Origin: Octopus sinensis
Lineage: Eukaryota
Length of the DNA: 64,000 nt
Direction of reading: 5' to 3'
NCBI RefSeq assembly: GCF_006345805.1
Contig: NC_043026.1
Coordinates: 11,697,579-11,761,578, forward strand
Position numbers and translations under genes: made by a program. The first letter of the stretch is position 1; every line of letters begins with the position of its first letter. The notes beneath the pieces are model-generated. The model did no database searches. It was not told where the DNA came from and worked only from the letters and a program-made list of their open reading frames with translations. Positions 1 through 13,632 of this stretch are shown one piece after another.

Positions 1-590
1 TTGCAATTTCTACTTTTCTCTTTTCAAAAGAGTTTGCTTTTATTTCTGCATTCATATTTTTTAGTAACTTTCTTAACAAAAAAATGAACACTTTAATTTC
101 ACATGAAAGGGATAGGACATAATGTAATAAAATATATCCCTAAATATCCATGAAAAGACTGGATGAAAGAATGCTTGGCCGGCCATGAGTCTTTTTTTTA
201 ACATTGCACCTCCTTGAAAAGTGTATTTTACGAATTCTTACGTTTTAGATGTCAGAGGTGGCAAATGCGAAATTTTTTTCAAATTTCACTCCTTAATTTA
301 AAATGTTGGCTTTGTTTACCTTAGATCCCTGGATCTACATCATATTAACGATAAAGACAAAGTTAAATATTAGGCGATCTAAAGAATGTCTAAATATTCC
401 ATTCGGTAGTACGATGAGAAAAAATATTTTTAGTGTTGACATCACACTTCTGTAAATGAGAGACTATCTTAGAAACAATGTGTATTGTTTCTTGTGAATT
501 AATCTCTTCGGAAGAAATAAAAGCTTGTACAGTTTTGGATTCGAAACGACATCCGAACTAATTTATAGTTGGTGATTTGTTCTCTAAACT

Positions 591-1810
591 GGCGGGATGA
601 TCTGTATGTGGTCTTCTCGCTGTGCTGATAACAGCCAAATCAAGAGCGAACCAAATTATACCTACATGAAAGGGAAAGGACACAATATAATATAAAATAT
701 ATCCTTAGATATCCATGAAAAGACTGGATGTGACAGTGCTTGGCCATGAGTTTGCTCGATCCGGTTTGACTAGGAGTAGGGGAACATTCACAACCAGCTG
801 GAAGGACATTACTGCAGTTTTTGTAATAATTACAATCTGCTGTAAAGCTTTATGCTGTCTATTGATTGTGTTAATCCGTTAATGTTTTATAACAGAACAA
901 GACCTCAAATTCGTGAAATTATCAAATAAGACAAAATATTTTTGATATTCGCTAAAATGTCAGCCAGTTTACGTCCGAGTTATCTCCCTTCCGCCGTTAT
1001 CGAGACAGCAATAAAATCTGATTTCATGATTAATATATAACGAAATGGTTACGTTTGCTTATTACCCCTAAGGGTTTACATGGATGGGGACAATACGATG
1101 ATTTGGGGGTCATGTGGATGAAATGGAACTATTTACAGTGAAATCAAATGGATTATTTACAATGAAAAATGAAATTGAACAAGAACAAACAAACAAAAAA
1201 GGGACAAATGAAGTCAAAAGAACAGGGTAGCCGACCCCACGAGCCCTGTTATTTTAACTGAAACCTTTTGGTAAGGGATCACGGCGTGTTCATGCAAGGC
1301 CTTTCACACCTAGCATCCATCTCTTTTTGAATACAGACACCTTTTCTCTTGCCCCACCTTCCTTTTTAGATGGAACCTGAAAAAGTTCGTTAGGGCGGTG
1401 ACAGAGATCATGGTGTCTGACAGACATTATACCTTTCACTCTAGTCTTCCATATAACCCCTTTCGCAACTGCTACCGTCACGAGAAAGCAATGCTTACCT
1501 TCGTTCGTCATGAAACCAGGCGGGTCAATTTTTAAGATTGACTCAGACGACAGCTGAACTCTTCTTCCGTCTGACAACAGGTGTACGGCATAAACCCACA
1601 CGTCCGAAATGGTTACGTTTGCCTTGCCATCACCAAGTCCCGGGTTCGGTCCCATTGCGTGGCATCGCTGGTAAGTGCCACACGTCAGCCGATCGCGCAT
1701 TGAATCTAGAACCACGGTTGCGAAATAAGCTTTTTATTGCACAGCTATGGATACCCTCACATCCTGAAAATATATTTATGACTTTAAATAGTCTAATATA
1801 CCTTCAGCTC
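591..1810 (+). repeat. Left copy of a direct repeat flanking the histone quartet (interrupted by a LINE insertion at 1059-1604)
   Basis: 591-1058 plus 1623-1810 align collinearly with 11561-12224 (e.g. GGGATG.TCTGTATGTGGTC...GCCATCACCAAGTCCCGGGTTCGG...ACCTTCA); offset about 10,970 bp. Confidence 0.9.
1059..1604 (-). mobile_element. 5'-truncated non-LTR retrotransposon (Tx1/L1-like ORF2 C-terminus plus 3' UTR)
   Basis: 18-bp TSD CGAAATGGTTACGTTTGC at 1041-1058 and 1605-1622; empty site at 12016-12033; minus-strand peptide ...VAVAKGVIWKTR...FKKRWM resembles Tx1-type ORF2 ends; 3' end ...CCCTTAGGGGTAATAA. Confidence 0.75.
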
Positions 1811-2859
1811 GGGGGAATGGCTTCGGAAATTTCACATCTTCAGTCCACGGCCTTTAAACTAACAAAAAATAGTGTAATTGGTGTAAAACTACTTGTTCTA
1901 AACGAGTATCAAGAACACACACTCACACATGAATCATAAACTCCGTATTTTTGTACATATTTCGCAAAAAAAAAATAATAAAGAGAAGAAATGCGAGTGC
2001 GCATTTTTTTTGTCATATTCGTTTAGAGCAAGTTGTTTTACACATATTACACTTTTTTTTTTGTTTTGGTGCCCGGGTCAGCCCCTCAGACGCTTTCGGA
2101 AATTCCCGATGTGAATTTTCCGAGGCCCCCCCCCTTTCGCGTGCGGGCATTTTTTTTTCATATTCGTTCATAGGAAGTTGTTTTACACCTATTACACACA
2201 TTTTTTTTTTTGATTTTCTGAAAGGCGTAACGCTTTAGTTTAACCGTTTAATTAGCTTTAATCTTCAATTTGCCATTTTATTTTAAATTTCGGATTTTAA
2301 TTTAATCCTTGGATGCTGAAAATATTTCCGAGTTTCTCCGTGGTATTAACTAAGAACAGCAAACATGGCGGTGCCCCAGCATGGCCACAGCTCATGAGCT
2401 GAAACTAGAATCAATCAATCAATCATACGTAGGTACTTTGTCATTGAAATATATATTGAGTTGGTAAAATGTATAACGCAAATGAGTTTAATATTTCGAG
2501 GGTTGATATTATTATTATTATTATTATTTCTTGGCACGATGCACTTATAAACCATGGGAGAAACCTAGACGAAAAGGTGATTTAAGGGAGATTTGGCTGT
2601 TATTTCTAGCACTTCCCATGACTACCTTCCTTGTTTCATTGATACAAACATGTATTTCAATATCAGGACAATGTTTACTTTAACTCCCGGTGACTAAAAA
2701 CAAAAAAAAACTAGTCTAATGGGTATTTAAAAATGTGTAGAAAACGAATGTAAAAAATTAGCGTACACGAACGAGGGTGGGGATAGGGGACTTTCGGAAA
2801 ATTCACACGATCCGACTTTTCCCTCGTGACTTTCAGGAAAATGAAAGTTTATATAAATG

Positions 2860-3186
2860 GATCCGGGTTCAGTCCCACTGCAAGTGTCTTCTACTATAGC
2901 CTAGGGCCGACCAAAGCCTTGTGAGCGAATTTGGTAGACGGAAATTGAAAGAAGCTCATCGTGTATATGTATATATATATATATATATGTGTGTTTGTCC
3001 CCCTCCCACGTCGCTTGACGACCGATGCTGGTTTGTTTACGTCCCCGTCACTTAGCGGTTCAGCAAAAGAAACCGATAAAATAAATACTAGGCTTACAAA
3101 GAATAAGTCCCGGGGTCGATATGATCGACTAAAGGTGGTGCTCCAGCATGGCCACAGTCAAATGACTGAAACAAGTAAAAGAGTAG
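2860..3186 (+). mobile_element. 5'-truncated octopus-type tRNA-derived SINE (family A)
   Basis: CCGGGTTCAGTCCCACTG B-box region, internal (TA)n, conserved tail ...GGTGCTCCAGCATGGCC.CAGTCAAATGACTGAAACAAGTAAAAGAG. Confidence 0.85.
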
Positions 3187-3504
3187 AGAGTAAATGTTTT
3201 TTTTTTTTTTCAAACGGAATAGATTACGATTATAAAGAAATTTGTGGGAGGAACTTTTTTCCAAGGCGAGTGGGGAGAAGTGTTTCGGATGAAGAAGACC
3301 ACATAAGTTGGAATTTCTCCATTTGACGGGGATTTTCCAGTTGGTTTTCACCACAACCTTCGAAATGACGAGGGGGGCATCCTTTTGTGATTCTTTTCCC
3401 ACCATCCTTAATGATACCAATGGACCATACGCTTGCTCCATTGGTGAGATGTAAGCGGCAACAAAAGAAGGCCATGTTTGTGTTTAAGAGAAAAAACACT
3501 GCCG

Positions 3505-3925
3505 ATCTTTCGTCTCTAGTAGACCTTTCCGTCGATTTCCGTAAAAAAATTCTTTTTTTGTTACATATGGGCTTGCGGGAACTTTTGAAGTAATATACAT
3601 ACATATACACATACACCGAGTAAAAAATTTCAGTTATCTCTCTCTTTCACACATTACTCTCTCTGTCTCTTCACACACACTAACAGAAGCACTTCACTTA
3701 CACAACATGCTGTCTGTCTCCCACACCCCATCAAACACACACACACACACATGTACATCAGTGCTTCCCATGCACGGTAACTTCAAAAGAACTTCCCTCG
3801 TCATACAATCGCTTTCTCTTAGTCTCTTTCGCTCTCATTACTTCAAAAGTTCCCTCAAGCCCATATGTAAAAAAAAAAAAAAATTTTTTTACGGAAATCG
3901 GAAAGGTCTACTAGAGACGAAAGAT
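3505..3925. repeat. Inverted repeat with ~90-bp arms (3505-3594 / 3837-3925); same family at 26840-26970 and 27460-27680
   Basis: ATCTTTCGTCTCTAGTAGACCTTTCC...ACTTTTGAAGTAAT is the reverse complement of ATTACTTCAAAAGTTCC...GGTCTACTAGAGACGAAAGAT. Confidence 0.8.
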
Positions 3926-4060
3926 TGCCAAAACATTTTCTAACAGAAATTATGCTATTTAAAATTAATCTCTTACCTATTTCTTTTTTAAAAATCAGTG
4001 GATGAATGCCAGAAATGACCTCAGTCTCTCCAATATTTTAAATTACAAACAGAAACAATA

Positions 4061-4470
4061 GGCGCAGGAGTGGCTGTGCGGTAAGTAGCTTGCTAACCAA
4101 CCACATGGTTCCGGGTTCAGTCCCACTGCGTGGCATCTTGGGCAAGTGTCTTCTGCTATAGCCCCAGGCCGACCAATGCCTTGTGAGTGGATTTGGTAGA
4201 CGGAAACTGGAAGAAGCCCGTCGTATATATGTATATATATATATATATATATGTATGCATGTATGTGTGTGTGTTTGTGTTTGACCCCCTAGCATTGCTT
4301 GACAACCGATGCTGGTTTGTTTACGTCCCCGTCACTTAGCGGTTCAGCAAAAGAAACCGATAGAATAAGTACTGGGCTTACAAAGAATAAGCCCCGGGGT
4401 TGATTTGCTCGACTAAAGGCGGTGCTCCAGCATGGCCGCAGTCAAATGACTGAAACGAGTAAAAGAGTAA
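4061..4470 (+). mobile_element. Full-length tRNA-derived SINE family A
   Basis: GGCGCAGGAGTGGCTGTG.GGTAAG (A box), GGTTCAGTCCC (B box), (TA)n(TG)n middle, tail ending GTAAAAGAGTAA; many near-identical copies in the window. Confidence 0.9.
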
Positions 4471-5366
4471 TCAGAGGCTGACAGAAAATCACAAATGTTG
4501 AATATTTCTCTTTATAGCATAAATGTGTTCATGGGGAGAAGAATATTGGGAAACATCAATACATGCGTGAACGAGAAAGTAACAACGAGGGTAGCTCTGG
4601 AATGTGCTAGAAAGAATAGCCAAATCTCCGTCAAATTACACTTTTTCCTTTCTTTACAATCTTTTTTTTTTTTTCTATCGAAAAGTCTCCTCATATGGAC
4701 TTTTAAGAACAAAAATCGGTCTGGAGGGTGTGAAATTAAATTAACTATGTAGTCTTTGTGATCAGAAACTTCTTCCCTGTACACCGAGAAAAAAGTTTTC
4801 CTCAAATTCCTACGCTGTTTGAAAAGGTATTTGTATAAACTTTCATTAAAAGATATCCCTTCTCCTGAAAGTTGAGGGAAAAATCGGATCGTGTGAATTT
4901 CCCGAAAACCACCTCCCTCATTCTTTTACCCAAATTCGTTTTAGATCTTTCCACACCAAGTAAAAAAAAAACAAGTAGCCTTGTTCTTTTTTCTTTGATG
5001 ACCGGGAACTTAAAGCAATATTAAACCAATATTTTTCGGTAAATTTCGAAACTTTCAGTATTAAAATTTACCTTATTTTCTCCCAGCCACAGTTAAAAAC
5101 ATTTTGAAAATCCGTAATCTTAGAATATTGGCGAGGTCATCACTTGGAACTATCCGACAGCGATTCATAAGAGTTAAGTAAAAACATCAAATAGCTAGAG
5201 AGGCTGAATCAAAAGAATACAATAGCTTTAAACAGATAAGATGAATACGAAGCACTAACTCGAGCTGATGCCCATAAACTGTATCTATGGAATGACGGTT
5301 CGTGATGTGTTATGAAGAATCGGATCGCAAAATAAACGGTAAGTAGACTAAAATTATGATGTAGTG

Positions 5367-5382
5367 GGCCCTGAAAAGGGCC
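5367..5382 (-). terminator. Histone 3' stem-loop of H2A
   Basis: Minus strand GGCCCTTTTCAGGGCC, 33 nt after the H2A stop. Confidence 0.95.
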
Positions 5383-5415
5383 GTTGATGCTGAAGGTAGA
5401 CTCCACAGAAAGCGC

Positions 5416-5793
5416 TTACTTGGAAGCCTTCTGGGTCTTCTTGGGGAGAAGAACAGCTTGGATGTTGGGAAGAACACCACCTTGGGCGATGGTCACTCCG
5501 GACAAAAGTTTGTTCAACTCCTCGTCGTTACGGATGGCCAACTGCAAATGACGGGGAATAATTCTGGATTTCTTGTTGTCTCTGGCAGCATTTCCTGCCA
5601 ATTCCAACACTTCGGCAGCCAAATATTCCATCACAGCAGCCAAGTAGACTGGAGCTCCGGCACCAACACGTTGGGCATAGTTTCCCTTGCGGAGAAGACG
5701 GTGGATACGACCGACAGGGAACTGAAGTCCAGCACGGGATGAACGGGTCTTGCTCTTTCCCTTCACTTTACCTCCTTTACCACGTCCAGACAT
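5416..5793 (-). CDS. H2A: Histone H2A (canonical, replication-dependent)
   Basis: [50 protein letters not shown]...[12 protein letters not shown]; ATG at 5793; intronless; stem-loop downstream. Confidence 0.99.
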   Translation of the reverse strand: MSGRGKGGKVKGKSKTRSSRAGLQFPVGRIHRLLRKGNYAQRVGAGAPVYLAAVMEYLAAEVLELAGNAARDNKKSRIIPRHLQLAIRNDEELNKLLSGVTIAQGGVLPNIQAVLLPKKTQKASK

Positions 5794-6044
5794 TTTCAAA
5801 GTTCGATACTAGTTTGTAACAGGCGAATTAAAAATTATATAGAGGTTTTCGCCTTTAAATACTGCTTAATCGGCTCCAGCAGTCGAGAAGCAGATGAAAA
5901 ATAAGCGGGCTTTTGTCACGTGACATAGTTGTCAAATTCAACCAATGAAAATGAACGGCGCCGATTTGCAAAAACTGTTCATCTGCTGAGCCTACTTGAC
6001 AGCTATAAATAGGGTAGCTGCAGAGTTAACAGAAGAGTGACATC
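5794..6044. promoter_or_regulatory. Bidirectional H2A/H2B promoter
   Basis: TATA-like TATTTAAA (minus, ~5854) and TATAAATA (~6005); palindrome TGTCACGTGACA 5914-5925; CCAAT ~5942; ATTTGCAA ~5964; dyad AGCAGATGAA 5889-5898 / TTCATCTGCT 5978-5987. Confidence 0.8.
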
Positions 6045-6422
6045 ATGCCACCAGCACCAGCTACCGCTTCGAAAGGAGCCAAGAAGGCTTCCAAGGCTAA
6101 AACTTCACGTCCCGCAGGAGACAAGAAGCGCAAGAAGAAGAGGAAGGAAAGTTATTCCATCTACATCTACAAAGTAATGAAACAAGTCCACCCCGACACT
6201 GGTATTTCCAGCAAAGCTATGTCCATCATGAACAGTTTCGTCAACGATTTGTTCGAAAGAATAGCTTCTGAATCCAGCCGTTTGGCCCACTACAACAAAC
6301 GTTCAACCATCAGTAGCCGTGAGGTGCAGACTGCTGTCCGTCTGCTTCTCCCTGGGGAGTTGGCCAAGCACGCCGTCTCTGAAGGTACCAAGGCTGTTAC
6401 CAAATACACCAGCAGCAAGTAA
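6045..6422 (+). CDS. H2B: Histone H2B (canonical)
   Basis: [14 protein letters not shown]...[33 protein letters not shown]...[10 protein letters not shown]. Confidence 0.99.
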   Translation: MPPAPATASKGAKKASKAKTSRPAGDKKRKKKRKESYSIYIYKVMKQVHPDTGISSKAMSIMNSFVNDLFERIASESSRLAHYNKRSTISSREVQTAVRLLLPGELAKHAVSEGTKAVTKYTSSK

Positions 6423-6443
6423 ATCTTGGTCTCTCGAAAAAAC

Positions 6444-6459
6444 GGTCCTTTTAAGGGCC
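6444..6459 (+). terminator. Histone 3' stem-loop of H2B
   Basis: GGTCCTTTTAAGGGCC preceded by AAAAC. Confidence 0.93.
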
Positions 6460-8682
6460 ATCTATATTTTCGTGATTGTAAACTATCGATTTTCTATAGA
6501 TCTGCGATTTTAGTTCGTTATTCACCATGTACGAGTCTATAAATGTCACCATTCTATTCTGATCGTGTGTGGTGTGAACAGCAAGCCATCTCGCCTCTTC
6601 AATATGCTTCATCCAAAATGCTTGAATTTCAGCTTCCTTTTTAAGAAATTTTTTTTATCCCTTTCCGTGAGCCTCTCGGCTCTTTGCGTAAGGCATATCT
6701 TAATTTTAGGTCGCAATATCTGACATGGATGAGACAGAATCAAGCTCGTCGGGCGAGATGTTTTAAAGGGTCGTGGGTACGCGTAAGTGCTACCTCGGTT
6801 TCGCACAGGACAACATTTATGTTAGAGGTAGCTGCAAAATAAATTTGAATGTTTATTTTTAATCTCCGTATTTTTCCCACGTAGATTGGAAAAAGGTTCG
6901 AAAACAGTTTCTATAAAGGTTTGAGACAGTTTCCACTTTAATTTAATATGAATTACTTTGTCAAATTACTGAGGGGCATCTTAGCTGAAAGGTGACTAGA
7001 TTGGTTAGATATTTCCGGTGTATTAGCCGCTATTTGTTTCTATCTTCATGTTTTTGATAATGTTATTAAATCTGATAGACTAATATTGAAGCCATTTCGA
7101 AGCAACAACAAAAGAGCTAGCTGCGAACTCTTAGCTCTATAGGGACACATACAAGAACAAGCACGCACCACGCACACAATCCCATTAGCTTCTTCCATTT
7201 CAACAACTGTCACCAAGAGATCCGGAGTGAATTGTGGAGTTGTCATGGAAATTAGTCGTGTTTGTTTTGGTTTTACTCTTACATGTTGCAGTCATTTATG
7301 ATGGAGCACCGCCTTTATTCGAGCAAATCGACCCCAGGACTTATTTGTAAACCTACTTATTGCCGAACCATGGCACCTGTTCTTTCAACTTCATTTGTCT
7401 CTTTTTGTTTGTTCTTATTCAATTTCACTTTCATTATAACTCCATTGTAAATAACCCATCCGATTTCATTGTAAAAAGTTCCATTTTTTTTACCCCAAAT
7501 CATTGTATTGTCCCCATCTGTGTTAATCCTTATGGATAATAAAGAAATACGATATAACTCGACAAGGCCAAAATAAACACTCGGCTGTTTCTGTGACAAC
7601 TCGACAATTCGCTTTGGATATCTTCGTGACCTGTGTGCGTGCGTGCTTGTCTGTTTGTGTTTTCGATTCTGTTTCCTGCTTGGAAATTTTCGGGTTTCAC
7701 ATACATGAAGCAGGTAAGGACAAATATGCAAGGCTTTTTGCTGGCATAGTTTCGTTATATCTATTTCACAACACATTACATAAATACAGAACAAGGTCAC
7801 AGCGGGTGTCACGAAGATATCCGAAATGAATTGTCGAGTTGTCATGGAAACAGGTGAGTGTTTGTTTTGGGCCCGAACCGCTAAGTTACAGGGACGTAAA
7901 CACACCAGTATCGGTTGCTAAGGCTATGTTGGGGCAAACATACATATATGCGACTGCGGAGATTCCGAATTGGCAGAAAAATATCAGCATTTCATAATTT
8001 TAATCCTCACCTCCCAATTTTACACATTTTTTCAGAATTTTCTTTGCGGAATGCGTGGAAAGATACGGAGATTATTCTTCAAAAATGAAATTTGGTAACA
8101 TTTCAAAAAGACAATATCCATCCCCTCCTTAAAATGGACGTGAAAAGTATCTAAAACTCGACATGCTAGAAACAGCAGCTAAACAACGAATCACGTCTTT
8201 AAAATTTTAATTAACCCCGCTCCCATGTTTTTGTGGAAAGGGGGAAAAATTAAAATTTGAAAACGTTTTGGAGGTTATCAGAATCTTAAATTTTTATGTA
8301 TGCTCCAAACGACGAGCTAGAAACAACAGCCAAATCGAAGATCCACTTACTAAATACAAATTTCCAAAAACGAAAAAAATTAAAATGTCATTTTGTGTGT
8401 GCAATGTAAAAGTTAGACTTTTTGAAAAGTCTAACTTTTACATCTTAATTCCAAAACACCCACAACCACATGTTCACTTTTTGTCACTGAAACTTTTTTA
8501 CAAACATATCCTACGTATTTCGCCAAAAAATAAAAGTTCCAGTGGAAAATTAGGGTGGGGAAATTAAAATTTTGGAATGGCGACCCTTTTGCAGATTCGG
8601 AATGTCTGCAGTCGAAAAGGAATTAGTATAAAGATCTTAACGCTGAGTGTTAACTGTGTGCAGAACAATTTCTTTCGCTTTA

Positions 8683-9058
8683 TTACTCTTTTACTTGTTT
8701 CAGTCATTTGACTGCGGCCATGCTGGAGCACCGCCTTTTAGTCGAGCAAATCGACCCCGGGACTTATTCTTTGTAAGCCCCAGTACTTATTCTATCGTTC
8801 TCTTTTGCCGAATCGCTAAGTGACGGGGACGTAAACACACCAGCATCGGTTGTCAAGCAATGCTAGGGGGACAAACAGACATATATATGTGTATACGACA
8901 GTCTTCTTTCAGTTTACGTCTACCAAATCCACTCACAAGGCATTGGTCGGCCCGGGACTATAGCAGGAGACACTTGCCCAAGATGCCACGCAGTGGAACT
9001 GAACCCGGAACCAAGTGGTTGTTTAGCAAGCTACTTACCACACAGCCACTCCGGCGCC
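8683..9058 (-). mobile_element. SINE family A
   Basis: Reverse complement of the 4061-4470 element. Confidence 0.9.
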
Positions 9059-9264
9059 TGTTTATAACTAATTTCGACTTGCATGATCTCTTAAGGTAAA
9101 CAATGCCAAAATTTTAAATTCAAGTGGGAAAGGGGTGAAATTTGAAGTGCTGTTTTCCTTTCTGCATATTCGTAATCTCCGACATCTAAAACGTAAGTAT
9201 CCGAAAAATACACTTTTCAAGGAGGTGCGATATTAAAAAGAAAATGTCCGGTGTACACAAAGTA

Positions 9265-9340
9265 ACTTTGGAAACAAACTTCGAGGCCCTGAATAGGGCT
9301 AGTGGCTTCATTAATTTCATTTAAGCTCTCACCGCGAATG
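9265..9340 (-). pseudogene. Relic of a histone H3 3' end (last codons, stop and degenerate stem-loop)
   Basis: Minus strand ATTCGCGGTGAGAGCTTAA (IRGERA* with a 2-nt loss), then AGCCCTATTCAGGGCC at 9285-9300; parallels 9890-9980. Confidence 0.7.
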
Positions 9341-9907
9341 GCTAAGAATATTTATTGTTCCTAAATGAGCGAGCAGTCCGCCATAAAATAAAATATTTTT
9401 AAATGGGTTTTCTACAAATAAAAACCATTCAGATCGGATGTGGAAGCGCACACATCACAATTTAGTCTATTTTGCAGACGTTATGCACCAGTCAACTTGT
9501 TTTCCTTAAACTACGAAGAGAGATGGAACCTAATCAAACGGACAATTCGTTCCGAAATCTAAATATCATAAGACTGAAACAAACGATCATCGCGGTTTAT
9601 TTGTGCTGCAAGTTCCGTATAGATACAAATACAAAAAACAAACGAGCATCGGGAAAACAAAACCGTGCCGGACATACTATCACCGAAATTGCCGAGCCTT
9701 ATTTAAAATTACACTCAGAGGAATGAATAAGTTTAATTTAGAATTACACTTGGCGGAACGAATAAGTCCAATGCTTAAATCGCCATCCCCAGCCTCAGGA
9801 AAAGAACAATATATCGATCTTATTTCGAATAAACAATTCACGATATACGAGAACACGAAACATACCACTATCTTAAGGGTTAGCAAAACTTTACGAAAAA
9901 ATTTAGA

Positions 9908-9923
9908 GGCCCTGAAAAGGGCC
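9908..9923 (-). terminator. Histone 3' stem-loop of H3
   Basis: Minus strand GGCCCTTTTCAGGGCC. Confidence 0.95.
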
Positions 9924-9957
9924 GTTGGGATAAAGCATTAGCTTCATTATTTTCAAC

Positions 9958-10933
<976 letters not shown>

Positions 10934-10981
10934 ACTGGTGAAGTTTTTCTAACTTCGAGGTCGTGAGTAGCGACTAAACCC

Positions 10982-10997
10982 GGCCCTTTTCAGGGCC
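10982..10997 (+). terminator. Histone 3' stem-loop of H4
   Basis: GGCCCTTTTCAGGGCC. Confidence 0.95.
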
Positions 10998-11203
10998 ACT
11001 CATATCTTAGTGTAAGCCAACTCGCCTCTTCAATATGCTTCATCCAAAATGTTTAAATTTCGGCTTACTTTTTATCCCTTTCAGTGAGCCTCTCGGCTCA
11101 TTACGTAAGGCATTGTATTGTCCCCATCTATGTGAACCCTTTTTGTTCTTGTTCAATTTCATTGTGAATAATCCATTCTATTTCATTGTAAGTATTTCCA
11201 TTT

Positions 11204-11344
11204 CGGATTCGGAGGTTAAACTGGTGAAGTTTTTGTAACTTCGAGGTCGTGAGTAGCGACAAAACCCGGCCCTCTCCTGGGCCACTTGATGTGAGCCACC
11301 TCGCCTCTTCAATATGCTTAAACCAAAATGTTTAAATTTCAGCT
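11204..11344 (+). pseudogene. Duplicated H4 3' end (GFGG*, 3' UTR and mutated stem-loop)
   Basis: CGGATTCGGAGGTTAAACTGGTGAAG... copies 10918-11065; stem-loop degraded to GGCCCTCTCCTGGGCC at 11268-11283. Confidence 0.85.
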
Positions 11345-11560
11345 GCACATAAGCACCTCCCTTTCACTCATACCCCGCCATTAACATATACACACGTCCC
11401 TGTCATTCTCTCTCTCTCTTTCACTTTATGCTGACATCAAATGAAACGTACTTTTCCAGTCAAAAACAACGAATAGAATATTCATGGAATTTACCAAACG
11501 CTGTACTTTAATAACAGAGAGGTCATTGACAACTCTGCGACTCGAGTACAAAACGCCGTT

Positions 11561-12224
11561 GGAGGGATGGTCTGTATGTGGTCTACTCGCTGTGCTGATA
11601 ACAGCCGAATCAACAGCGAACCACATTATACCTCCATGGAAGGCAAAAGATATATAATGAAATATATCCGTAGATATCCATGAAAAGACTGGATGTGACA
11701 GTGCTTGGCCATGAGTTTGCTCGATCCGGTTTGACTAGGAGTAGGGGAACATTTACAACCAGCCCGAGGAAGGACATTATTACTGCAGTTTTTGTAATAA
11801 TTACAATCTGCTGTAAAGCTTTATGCTGTCTATTGATTGTGTTAATCGATCAATGTTTTATAACAGAACAAGACCTCAAATTCATGAAATTATCAAAGCA
11901 GACACAAATATTTTTGATATTCGCTAAAATGTTGTCAGCCAGTTTACGTCCGAGTTATCTCCCTTCCGCCGTTATCGAGACAGCAATAAAATCTGATTTC
12001 ATGATTAATATATAACGAAATGGTTACGTTTGCTTTGCCATCACCAAGTCCCGGGTTCGGTCCCATTGCGTGGCATCGCTGGTAAGCGCCACACGTCAGC
12101 CTATCGAGCATTGAATCTAGAACCACGGTTGCGAAATAAGCTTTTTATTGCACAGCTTAGTGCAATACCCTCACACCCTGAACATATATTTATGACTTTA
12201 AATAGTCTGATGTACCTTCAACTC
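11561..12224 (+). repeat. Right copy of the histone-flanking direct repeat (empty LINE site)
   Basis: Collinear with 591-1810 without the 1059-1604 insertion. Confidence 0.9.
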
Positions 12225-12244
12225 ATTTGTTTAATTGGCTTTAA

Positions 12245-12634
12245 GGATCTTTTCCGTTTGAACGGCAGTTTTTTTAAATGATTTCCACGTAACTAAACAC
12301 TTTTAAACTTCGTATACTGGTAGAATGTGTTTATAAAACATCTTTTTCTCTTGGCTTTATTGAGAAAATTCTATGATTTGTAAGATTTTTTTTCTGCAAT
12401 TTCAACCAATCAATGACGTCTATTGCGGTGAAAACATTCTGTGCTGTGTGAACATGTCCCTCGTTTAAAAAACAGATTGGGTTTATTTACATTTCTGAAG
12501 AAAAAAGATACCCTTCCCCCCACGTCTAACCCTAAAACAGATTGTAATGCATTAGATCGATACTAGGGTCATAATTATGGGTGACAATTTCATATGACAC
12601 CTAGGAAAAACTGCCGTTCAAACCGAAAAGATCC
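12245..12634. mobile_element. Non-autonomous DNA transposon (MITE) with ~30-bp TIRs
   Basis: GGATCTTTTCCGTTTGAACGGCAGTTT ... AAACTGCCGTTCAAACCGAAAAGATCC; second copy at 59074-60070. Confidence 0.85.
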
Positions 12635-13632
12635 AAACGGGCTGTTTTATATATATAAATGAGGTACAGAAGCGGGCTGTTATAAAAGAAATAAATTTAT
12701 GCATACACCCTACCATTAACCAGTTTTCCTATTCACAATCAAATTATTGGAGCTAAGGCGTTATTTTCCACTGACATTACGTAATCTGTTTATGACAAAT
12801 TGCAAAATTTGGAGATAATCTCAACCAATTCACCTGAGAACTTGTAATCTCATTGTGAAATATACTTTTAAGTGTGTAGAATTGTTGAAAAATGTGGCGA
12901 TCCTTCAGTTTAACTCAATAAAACAACCTTTCTCCCACCCCTAACCCTAAATATAAAAAAAAAACCACTTTCTTGAAATGTATCCAGTACCTATACCGAA
13001 ATTACGCCTATTTACTTAATTAAAAAAAAAATTTTACTTTGTTCGAAAAATATTTAATTTTCTTTGATATGTATTCAGCCTTGATATACAAACATACGCG
13101 GTAGTCATTGTAGGATCGGCTAATTACGGCTAGCTAGCGCGAGTGCGCGCACCGGGTCCATAGTTTGTTAGTAGTACCTTATATTGGGGTACTTAAAACA
13201 GAATTCTGCTGATTAACTGACCGAAGGATCGCCTATTATGCGTAACTTCGGTATAAGTACCGAATACATTTCAAGAAAGTGTTTTTTTTTATATATGGGG
13301 GGGTTAGGATTAAATTTCTTTATTATCCATAAGGATTAACACAGATGGGGACAATACAATGATGGGGGTTAGGATTAGGGAACTCAGACAGATTATGGGG
13401 TACCACATTGTAGTTTGCCTGGTGGCAAAATATTTATGACGTCGTTCCAATATTACCTTTAATTCAAATATCAGTGAGTGGGTGGGGGGCCGGTGCGCAT
13501 TGATGCCGTCGAGAGGTAGGCCCGAAACGGCGCGCATTCTCTCCTGATGACCCCCATACACTTGCTAGCTTCCGGTATACGGAGCTTTTAACTGGTAGCA
13601 CTTGCGTGTGTGCAAGTTGTTTGCGAGACATA

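Noticed and set aside
13530-13560. CGAAAC...CTGATGA as a third hammerhead or a C/D box RNA
   Set aside because: Flanks cannot form stem II (GGCCC versus CCCCC) and there is no proper C/D terminal stem
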